IMG/VR virus record: IMGVR_UViG_3300044852_000022
Location: 1 to 36,950 of that record
Length of the DNA stretch: 36,950 nucleotides
Source of the DNA: a virus
Taxonomy: Duplodnaviria; Caudoviricetes
Reading direction: 5' to 3' (one strand)
A program made the position numbers and the translations under genes. The notes under the pieces are model-generated. The model was not told the DNA's origin and ran no database searches. It saw only the letters and a program-made list of their open reading frames with translations. Within the stretch, counting starts at the first letter, position 1, and each line of letters begins with the position of its first letter. This document shows positions 27,140-34,655 of this stretch, piece by piece.

Positions 27140-28276
27140 ATGGCTACTGAACTCAATTGCTTTCAACTCAACTACCGGATCACCAACATCTCAAGCAAAG
27201 AGATCATTGTCAAGATCAAAGGTGGTTTGAGTTACATTGTGCAGCGTGGAAGTGAAGCCACCTACATCAGTGAACAACAAATTCACGTGGTCATTGAGAA
27301 CGTCCAGCTGGACAACCTCATGATCGACGTAAACGCGGCTCTAACCAAACTGGACAAATCCATTCTGGTGGAGCTGTCTAAGGAACATGAACGGCTAAAG
27401 AAAAGTAACCTTGAATTCCACCTACGCATGCCAGTTACTTTGCGTGTCCAATTGGATCTGCATAAAGGCATGGTGGAACGTAACAACGCTATTCACAGCG
27501 AACTGCTCGGCATTACCTTGTACCTGGGTAGCGAGAACTTGGACCAACCTTGTCTCAATACTCCGGCCTTCACCATGCAGGAACTCTTCGAGAATCCTGG
27601 TGACGAATCGATGCAGGGTAAAGCAGCACTGCACTACTTTGTTTACGTAAACGACCCACATCGGGTTAACAAACCACTCTATACGAACATCATGGGTAAA
27701 TCGACTGAGGTACCGGTTGACTATGATGCAAACAAACAACCCGGATTGTATGTTGGTATTTCTCGCGGTATTGAACCACGGGGGACCCAATATTACGCCT
27801 TCGGTGAATTGGATGACCAGAAATTAACACATCTAGGTCTATTCAAAACAAAAGCCGAGTGTGATCAAGGAGGCAACACAGAACGATTCTTGACGGCAGA
27901 GAACAAGAATCGAGACCTTAATAAAGACGCCAACAGCATGCGTACCCAGATTGAAAACCTTACCGAGGCCTTAGGTAAATCTGAAGCCACGGTCTTTCGC
28001 CTGAGTCAAGATTTAACGAAAACGAAAGAAGAACACAAGCTTGAGCTGAACGCTGTCAAGATGGAGCACCGTATGGAAGCTACTACCTTGAAGCACAGCG
28101 GCAAAATGGCTTCGGACTTGTTTAAGTTCGAGACCCGTATAAAGGACACAGTGAACAAGGCGAACACTGATCTGGTAAAACAAAAGGGCGCCCAAAATTC
28201 CTGGGGGGACTTCGCTAAAGCCGTAGGGACTTTAGCGGGCGTGGCAATCACGGGGTATAAACTGCTGACAGCATAA
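27140..28276 (+). CDS. conserved hypothetical protein (phiKZ gp122-like position), 378 aa, with C-terminal coiled coil and hydrophobic tail
   Basis: GAGG RBS, heptad-rich C-terminal third, terminal AVGTLAGVAITGYKLL, synteny. Confidence 0.7.
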   Translation: MATELNCFQLNYRITNISSKEIIVKIKGGLSYIVQRGSEATYISEQQIHVVIENVQLDNLMIDVNAALTKLDKSILVELSKEHERLKKSNLEFHLRMPVTLRVQLDLHKGMVERNNAIHSELLGITLYLGSENLDQPCLNTPAFTMQELFENPGDESMQGKAALHYFVYVNDPHRVNKPLYTNIMGKSTEVPVDYDANKQPGLYVGISRGIEPRGTQYYAFGELDDQKLTHLGLFKTKAECDQGGNTERFLTAENKNRDLNKDANSMRTQIENLTEALGKSEATVFRLSQDLTKTKEEHKLELNAVKMEHRMEATTLKHSGKMASDLFKFETRIKDTVNKANTDLVKQKGAQNSWGDFAKAVGTLAGVAITGYKLLTA

Positions 28277-28286
28277 CGGAGCACTC

Positions 28287-29948
28287 ATGTCACTGAAATT
28301 AGCCAAGGCTATTGATAACTCAATGGCACGGTTTAACTCTACCATCACGGAAGGATTCCATCAAAACGAGTTTGAAGGTGCCGTTCACTATTACGAGAAT
28401 GCTCTGCGGATGATCTTCAAGAGCATCGAAAAACGTGGTGTGTTCTTTAAACGTGTGCAGGAGGTATCACCCGATGAGTACATCAGTCACCTGATCCAGA
28501 GTAGCACCAAGCTGTTTGACATTCACAAGGAAACGTTGTACCCAGTTAAGTTGATGTTTGAATACGTTAACCGCGCTGGTGAGATCATCGAGATGCAGCA
28601 GTACACCATGCTGCCGTATACCGATGTCTATGGTGACATTTGGCTGCGTGGTACGCAGTACAGCTTGCAATTCGTACTGGCTGAACGTGGCCTACCGGTA
28701 ACAAAAGAAAACGCCTTGTTCGTTAAGGTGTTGGGCTTTAAGTTCAAGATTGGTACTGAGCACTTCAAGTTCTCCCAAGTCCTTACCGACACGGGTAACC
28801 TGGTGTACAAGACCACAGAGCTGAACCTGGCTGCTAACCGGTTCTACAGCCCGACTGAGTCACGCAAGATCAGCGATACCAAAACCCCTATGCCGTTGCT
28901 GGCATGGTATACCTTTGCTGACATGGGGTTCAGTAAAGCGATTGACATCTTTGGGGAATGCGACTATGAGATCGCACCCATTGAAGTCTTGGTGTCGGAA
29001 TGCAAACCAGAAGACCGTTGGGAGATCTTTACCCGCGCCAGTCGTTCTGGTAACGCCAAGTTCCTGGGGGAGTTTGTTCCTCATGACTACGGCATTGCAA
29101 TTCGCAACAAATCGAGTAAGCGTAAAGAACTCAGCGCAATGGGATTGCAATACGCCAGTGCACTGTTGTTCGTGGTAGACTGTCTCTCGTCGTACTTCGA
29201 TATTGACAACATCGATAACCCGGATTACTGGAAACTCATTATTGGTCGTTGCTCGGTTAAGTCCGGTGACAGTAATGAGTACATCATGCGCTTGATGAAT
29301 GAGCACTTTGATTCCATTAACGAGTATCTCGACGAAGACTCGATCAAGAAGTTTGCTAGCCAGTCGATTGTAGTGAGCAACATGTTTGAGTTGTTTAACT
29401 ACATCATTGCCAACCGCAGTGAGATTGTGCAAACCACTGATCGCGCAGACATGTTCCACAAGGAGCTGGCAAGTCTGGAGTTTACGTTGGACAAGCTGAT
29501 TACAGCCGCCAACAAGTTCAAGCATGAGATCAAAAACAACTCCGAGCTTAACCAGAAAAAGGTTGCTCGTTTCCTGACTAACAATTTTCACATTAAGGAG
29601 ATTGACAATTCACGTACAACCAATCTCATTCAGGAAGCGACGCCAACCGATTGTCCGTATGTGGACTATGTGTTGGGTTGTATGCCTCAGCATCGTGTTT
29701 ATACGAATTCGACTAAAGCGAAGAAACGTGGAGAGTTTGATACCACGGACAGTGCAGGCAAGGCCCACGCCTCGATTGCATTTGTCAACAGCTTCCTCCG
29801 GGTAACTGGACCCTATCCGGACGGTCGAGGCTATCTCAATCCATGTGTATATCTGATTCAGGGCAAGACGACAGCGTTGGACCCATCGCTGAAGTGGTTG
29901 TTTGAGAAGACTGATAAACGCCTACGCTACCGCGAGCCCTTTGCTTAA
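28287..29948 (+). CDS. non-virion RNA polymerase beta subunit, N-terminal part (phiKZ gp123-like), 553 aa
   Basis: LPYTDVYGDIWLRGTQYSLQFVLAE matches the beta N-terminal P-x-G-x-I-x-G pattern. C-terminal HASIAFV...PDGRGYLNP as recalled for gp123. Size and synteny. Confidence 0.75.
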   Translation: MSLKLAKAIDNSMARFNSTITEGFHQNEFEGAVHYYENALRMIFKSIEKRGVFFKRVQEVSPDEYISHLIQSSTKLFDIHKETLYPVKLMFEYVNRAGEIIEMQQYTMLPYTDVYGDIWLRGTQYSLQFVLAERGLPVTKENALFVKVLGFKFKIGTEHFKFSQVLTDTGNLVYKTTELNLAANRFYSPTESRKISDTKTPMPLLAWYTFADMGFSKAIDIFGECDYEIAPIEVLVSECKPEDRWEIFTRASRSGNAKFLGEFVPHDYGIAIRNKSSKRKELSAMGLQYASALLFVVDCLSSYFDIDNIDNPDYWKLIIGRCSVKSGDSNEYIMRLMNEHFDSINEYLDEDSIKKFASQSIVVSNMFELFNYIIANRSEIVQTTDRADMFHKELASLEFTLDKLITAANKFKHEIKNNSELNQKKVARFLTNNFHIKEIDNSRTTNLIQEATPTDCPYVDYVLGCMPQHRVYTNSTKAKKRGEFDTTDSAGKAHASIAFVNSFLRVTGPYPDGRGYLNPCVYLIQGKTTALDPSLKWLFEKTDKRLRYREPFA

Positions 29949-29972
29949 TACAGGGGGTGTTAGGAGTGTGTA

Positions 29973-32291
29973 ATGATTAAACCAACAAACCCAGCTGCTG
30001 TACAGATTCCGGATAATAATCCGATGAATCCGATGAACCGCCCAGGGTACAACATGAACCAGCAACAGATGGGCGTAACTAACGCTCAGATGTCGCCAGG
30101 TGATGTGATCCGCAACATCATGTCGCAAAACCTGAACAACACCAACACTGCAACCGGTGGTGGGTTCAACTGGAGCGCAACGGGTGGTAGTCTTTACGAG
30201 GACGATGCACTCCGCTCGCTGCGTACCAGCCAGGACAATGATCCAACCAGCAACGCCTACTTGATTGACCGGGTGGCTGGGGCAATGCAAATGTTCTTGC
30301 AACAGATCTATCACCGTGCAGGTCCCTTCTACGAGGAGTACCGTAAAGCGCGTGAAGATTTCCGCATGAACGAGATGCAGCAGGTTGATGAGATCCGTAA
30401 CGCATACATCGAAGACGTTTGCAAGCAGCACGAGTTCACACGCATCATTGCGATCAACGCCATGCCGTTCTTTGGTAAGGGCCTAATCGAACTGCTGCGC
30501 AACGGCAACCGTGATCAGCTGCAACAAGCAGAATACCTGAACACGGCATTTATCGCTTGTCGTAACGTGCTGTTCTTCGAAATGATTAACTGGTTGATGA
30601 AGTCTCCTAACGGACGTCGTTACACCAACCGGTTGACCAAAGCTATCCAGGCACGCATTAGCAACCTGGAGAACTTTAAGGAAGCCGCTGCTGCTGTGTA
30701 TGACGTATTCGGTCAGACATCGCCATACAACAACCTGGAGTTCAAACGTCCAGAATCTACCCGCACCGATTACAACATGCTTTATGGTCCGGCGTCTGAT
30801 TACGTGCAACGTTCTTTTGAGCCTGAGATCGCGACGTCAGCTGCGTTCCAGGATGAAGGCATGCGCGATATCTACGACATGATCAACCGCAATGCTAGCA
30901 ACCGGGGCCAGTTCCAGCGCCCCCCTCAAGATAGATCTTTAATGATTGGAGGTGAGGTTATGAAAAGTTGGGATGAGGTACGTCAGGACTTTAACAATCT
31001 GAACCCCGGTAACCGCGGCGAGTTCCGACTCAACCGGTTCTTCTACAACATCGGTAAACCCAACCACTACTTCATTCCGGAGAGTGATTGGAAGAAGATT
31101 CAACACGCCTACCGCCGGCACGAGGAACAGAAGGCAGAAGAAACAGTTCTCAAGGACTGCTTCCGTATTGTCATCATCGACCTTGACAACGACAGCGGGT
31201 GGTTCAGTACTATCGTCCGTAAAGAGGGCCTCGATATGCAAAGTGTCCTCACGGACCCGGCTAAGTTGTTGCCGTTGCTGGAAAACCCAGATGAGTTGGA
31301 TGACTCCTGGGTAGTTAAACCTTATCCGTTGGCAGATGTTGTGGTTGAGAAAACCATGGACATTCCAATCGAAACGGTTGAGAAGTTGGAACAAGCTGTT
31401 CCGGTTATTGCTGTTAACGAACCTGTTGTCAGCAACTCCAGCAGCCAACTGATATCCACGATCGATACGATCAATACCCGTCTGACGTCCAAGTTCACCA
31501 AGATCAACGCCGTAGGCTTCCAGGCTGTTAACTGGGATACCTACACCTGTAAGTCGAAAGAAGAGAAAGACCTGCTGTATGAAGATCTGCGTTTCCTGTT
31601 CAAGGACAACTCTGATCGTGCAAGCTTCGTTAATGCTGTAGCTGCTGTAGCGCGTTACGAGATCCAGAACAAGGTAGATCCTGGTCTGATCAAGTTCATC
31701 GGTGGTCATCTGACTCAGGTGATCAACAACTGGCTGATCAACTGTGCGGGCTACAACCCGAACAAGAATGGTCAAGGTCATCTGTCGGTTAACAACATCC
31801 TGACCGACTACCGTCCGTTGATTGACTGGTTGAAAGAACGCGATCCAGAAACCATGCTGCACCTGGTAGAAGTCGACAAGGCTAACTACCTCAACGAGTC
31901 GGTTCGTATGTTCGACTTCATCAACCCGTACACGCTGGCTGAAGGTCAAGAACCATCTGCTATCGATCTGGTTAAAGGTGAGCTGGAACTGGTTGTTGGT
32001 CGACAGATGTATGTTAACGTGATCAACAAGCGTACTGGTCCAGCTTACACCGAAGCCAATACGCCGGTTCGTATCAAGCGCAGTAAGTGGCCGGAATACT
32101 TCAAGATGATTGAAGACGGCTTCGACGAAACCATGGGTGAAGATGGTGACGTAATGGTAACTGACAAACTGCTGCGTTTCACTGAAAGTGGTGGCATGTG
32201 GTTGTTCAGTTACTCTACCATCGATCGCAACGTTGCTACACTGCGTTTCGTTTCGCACGACAAGCCGCTTTGCCTGCTGTCACTGTGCTAA
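29973..32291 (+). CDS. hypothetical protein, 772 aa, with Asn/Gln/Met-rich low-complexity N-terminus
   Basis: AGGAG RBS, long ORF with native codon usage, ends at a terminator. Confidence 0.8.
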   Translation: MIKPTNPAAVQIPDNNPMNPMNRPGYNMNQQQMGVTNAQMSPGDVIRNIMSQNLNNTNTATGGGFNWSATGGSLYEDDALRSLRTSQDNDPTSNAYLIDRVAGAMQMFLQQIYHRAGPFYEEYRKAREDFRMNEMQQVDEIRNAYIEDVCKQHEFTRIIAINAMPFFGKGLIELLRNGNRDQLQQAEYLNTAFIACRNVLFFEMINWLMKSPNGRRYTNRLTKAIQARISNLENFKEAAAAVYDVFGQTSPYNNLEFKRPESTRTDYNMLYGPASDYVQRSFEPEIATSAAFQDEGMRDIYDMINRNASNRGQFQRPPQDRSLMIGGEVMKSWDEVRQDFNNLNPGNRGEFRLNRFFYNIGKPNHYFIPESDWKKIQHAYRRHEEQKAEETVLKDCFRIVIIDLDNDSGWFSTIVRKEGLDMQSVLTDPAKLLPLLENPDELDDSWVVKPYPLADVVVEKTMDIPIETVEKLEQAVPVIAVNEPVVSNSSSQLISTIDTINTRLTSKFTKINAVGFQAVNWDTYTCKSKEEKDLLYEDLRFLFKDNSDRASFVNAVAAVARYEIQNKVDPGLIKFIGGHLTQVINNWLINCAGYNPNKNGQGHLSVNNILTDYRPLIDWLKERDPETMLHLVEVDKANYLNESVRMFDFINPYTLAEGQEPSAIDLVKGELELVVGRQMYVNVINKRTGPAYTEANTPVRIKRSKWPEYFKMIEDGFDETMGEDGDVMVTDKLLRFTESGGMWLFSYSTIDRNVATLRFVSHDKPLCLLSLC

Positions 32292-32315
32292 ATATCTGTA
32301 CGGGTATTTAAGGTA

Positions 32316-32347
32316 AGTAACCTACCGGGGCTACCCGGTAGGTTACT
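32316..32347 (+). terminator. intrinsic terminator
   Basis: 14-bp stem AGTAACCTACCGGG, loop GCTA, CCCGGTAGGTTACT, with a long T run shortly after. Confidence 0.85.
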
Positions 32348-32382
32348 CCTATTACGCGTTTTGTTTTTTTTTAAGATACAGC

Positions 32383-32410
32383 AAATCTCACGTCTATATT
32401 ACTTGGGTGA
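32383..32410 (+). promoter_or_regulatory. phiKZ-type early promoter
   Basis: Exact TATATTAC at 32395-32402 within AAATCTCACGTC-TATATTAC-TTGGGTGA, in an intergenic position. Confidence 0.75.
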
Positions 32411-32458
32411 TTAAGACAATAAAGTCTTTCATACTTAACACCTTTGGGAGTAACAAAC

Positions 32459-32797
32459 ATGACTTCTTTCAATCAAGCAGCAGCAGACCGTGCAGCCCTG
32501 GCTAAATACCTGCGTGGCGATCGTGACGATGGCGTACGTGTAGGTCAGATCGCTGGCGTAGCTGGTGCAGTAATTGGCGCAGCAGCATGTGTATCGCAAG
32601 GCAGTTCCCTGGCTAGCGGCATCGTTGGTGGTCTGGGCGGCGCAGTGGCAGGCTACGCAGTTGGTACTCTGTGGGGTGCAGCAGAAATCAACACCACTGG
32701 CAAAATCATCAGTGGCACCATGTCCGGCCTGTTCGGCGCTGGTGTAGCGAGCACAGTTTGCTCGATCGTTGATTGCTTTGTAAACGAGCCTAAGTAA
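32459..32797 (+). CDS. small glycine-zipper membrane protein, ~112 aa
   Basis: GGAG RBS supports ATG 32459. Repeated GxxxG in hydrophobic segments. Own promoter and terminator. Confidence 0.7.
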   Translation: MTSFNQAAADRAALAKYLRGDRDDGVRVGQIAGVAGAVIGAAACVSQGSSLASGIVGGLGGAVAGYAVGTLWGAAEINTTGKIISGTMSGLFGAGVASTVCSIVDCFVNEPK

Positions 32798-32806
32798 TTA
32801 GGCGGT

Positions 32807-32840
32807 AAATAAAGGAGCGCGCATCGCTCCTTTATTTTTT
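32807..32840 (+). terminator. intrinsic terminator
   Basis: AAATAAAGGAGCG, loop CGCAT, CGCTCCTTTATTT, then a T run. Confidence 0.8.
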
Positions 32841-32858
32841 CTCTAAGAGGGACTCGCC

Positions 32859-33218
32859 ATGCTTCTTAAATTACATTCGCGCGCTGTCATGGGCGTATCT
32901 GTTATCGAGCAGATCCTCGATTACATTCAAGGTACAATTGTAGCAGACGGTTGGCCAGCCGATATCCGCTCCACCAAAGATATTATCACTGAGCTAACTA
33001 TTGTAGTAAGCGAGGTTGCTTTCTTAAATACTCTCGACAATTACCATGCGTTCCTCTACGTAGGAACTCCTGAGAGTCTGCCTAGAACGTTTGCTAGTTT
33101 CTACAGGAACCAGCCCTTCAAGGATTGGATCATCCTCCTTAAACCAAAAGATAATCACCTTGCTGACCCAGTCTATCTCTTTTCGAGTCAGCAATCTCCA
33201 TTGCCAACTATTCATTAA
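32859..33218 (+). CDS. hypothetical protein, 119 aa
   Basis: GAGGG RBS, AT-richer codon usage, fills the space between the terminator and the next gene. Confidence 0.65.
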   Translation: MLLKLHSRAVMGVSVIEQILDYIQGTIVADGWPADIRSTKDIITELTIVVSEVAFLNTLDNYHAFLYVGTPESLPRTFASFYRNQPFKDWIILLKPKDNHLADPVYLFSSQQSPLPTIH

Positions 33219-33228
33219 AGAGTATTCC

Positions 33229-33786
33229 ATGAAAGACAACGACTTCAAGAACCTGACCGACCGAGACCTGGCAGACCTCCTCGGTGCTTACACAACCTCC
33301 CGCAGCGACATCACCCCAGCGGTATTCAATGGCTGCGAAACACCGCGTGGGCAAGAGCTTGTTGAAGAGATCCAGAAACGCTTGAAAGGAAACGAGCGCC
33401 CCACGCTGAAACTTTATCCGGATGGACTGCCACGCACACCGTTCACTCACCCACTTGACGGCTGCTATGCCAAAAGCAAACTAGACGAGCTGGTTAAGAA
33501 CGTACACGATCTGATGGCCAAGATGTACTGTCAGGGCTGCTATCCAAAGTGGTGGCCGCCTCTGCTAACTGCACAGCAGATGTTCGAAGAAGTTATGGGT
33601 GTACAGTGTGCGGCAATGGACAGCAAGGACGCAACGTTTAACGATCACATGGTCGTATTCCCAGAAGAAGGCAATAAAGTACTGAAGGCAATCAACAATA
33701 GCTCCCCGCCAACACGTTTCCAGTATCCAGTATTCTTCTTTGTAGCGAAGAAAACCGCCACCAAAGAAATTTTGGAAAACGAGTAA
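33229..33786 (+). CDS. hypothetical protein, ~185 aa
   Basis: Likely start is ATG 33229 (MKDNDF), which avoids overlap with the upstream gene. N-terminus resembles that of the next gene. Confidence 0.7.
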   Translation: MKDNDFKNLTDRDLADLLGAYTTSRSDITPAVFNGCETPRGQELVEEIQKRLKGNERPTLKLYPDGLPRTPFTHPLDGCYAKSKLDELVKNVHDLMAKMYCQGCYPKWWPPLLTAQQMFEEVMGVQCAAMDSKDATFNDHMVVFPEEGNKVLKAINNSSPPTRFQYPVFFFVAKKTATKEILENE

Positions 33787-33789
33787 TAC

Positions 33790-33830
33790 CTACCCCGCCT
33801 AGGCGGGGTAGTACCTCCCTTAATTTTTTG
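33790..33830 (+). terminator. probable intrinsic terminator
   Basis: CTACCCCGC, loop CTAG, GCGGGGTAG, followed by a T-rich tract. Confidence 0.7.
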
Positions 33831-33880
33831 TTTTAAAACATCCTTTGTAGCATCCCACCGTAACCAAAGAGAGTGTACCA

Positions 33881-34582
33881 ATGAGTATCCTTAAAGAGTT
33901 CGAACACCTTACCAATGGCGATGTAGCTGAACACCTGGCGGGGCACCGTCTGGTTCAGGAAGGCCAACGTCAGAAGCGTTTCGAAAACGTCCGCCTGCCG
34001 TTCGGTACTCGTCTGATCGAACTGGTTCGTGCCCGTCTGATCGAAGTGGCCGTAGCCTCCATCACACCACCACCTGCGCCAGCAGCCCCTGATCTGCTGA
34101 CCAACGACGAAGCTCTGGCTGAAGTGGCCGCGATCAACACCCTGCAAGACCTCAGCGACACCCTGAAGGGCCTGTTGGGTCGTGCAGCTCCAGCCATCGA
34201 CGTAGAAACCCTGCGCGCCGCCATTGCCGATGCACAAGCTCGTGCACTGGCTGCCATCGAACCGGTCAAGGTAGAAGTACCAGGTCCAGAAGTACGTGTT
34301 GAAGTTCCTGGTCCAGAGCGCGTCGTAGAAGTACCGGCTGCCGGTCCTACCGATGCTGACCTGGTTGCCAAGTTCGACGGTATCAGCAGCCTCGAACAGC
34401 TCGAAGAAGTCCTGAGCGCTGAACATGGTGAATCCGTTCTGATGTCACTGGTTGGCATGGCCGATCGTCTGCGTGCTTCGGTTGTTGCTAGCCAAGCCCC
34501 AGTCGAAAAGGTAGCCGAACCAGCTCCTGAAGTTGCACAAGAAGCACAAGCTCCTGCGACTGACGAACCTGCTGCACAGTAA
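33881..34582 (+). CDS. Ala/Pro/Glu-rich hypothetical protein, 233 aa, with VEVPGPE repeats
   Basis: Strong codon bias, ends at a terminator, internal repeats. Confidence 0.8.
   Translation: MSILKEFEHLTNGDVAEHLAGHRLVQEGQRQKRFENVRLPFGTRLIELVRARLIEVAVASITPPPAPAAPDLLTNDEALAEVAAINTLQDLSDTLKGLLGRAAPAIDVETLRAAIADAQARALAAIEPVKVEVPGPEVRVEVPGPERVVEVPAAGPTDADLVAKFDGISSLEQLEEVLSAEHGESVLMSLVGMADRLRASVVASQAPVEKVAEPAPEVAQEAQAPATDEPAAQ
34271..34335 (+). repeat. imperfect 27-nt coding tandem repeat (~2.5 copies; VEVPGPEVR-VEVPGPERV-VEVP)
   Basis: GTAGAAGTACCAGGTCCAGAA... / GTTGAAGTTCCTGGTCCAGAG... / GTAGAAGTACC. Confidence 0.75.
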
Positions 34583-34594
34583 GCAACCATAAGG

Positions 34595-34630
34595 CTAACC
34601 CTCCACTCCCGCAAAGGAGTGGAGGGTTAG
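34595..34630. terminator. bidirectional hairpin terminator
   Basis: Perfect 15-bp stem CTAACCCTCCACTCC, loop CGCAAA, GGAGTGGAGGGTTAG, between convergent genes. Confidence 0.85.
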
Positions 34631-34655
34631 TTATAACGGTTTATTTTTTTGCTAC

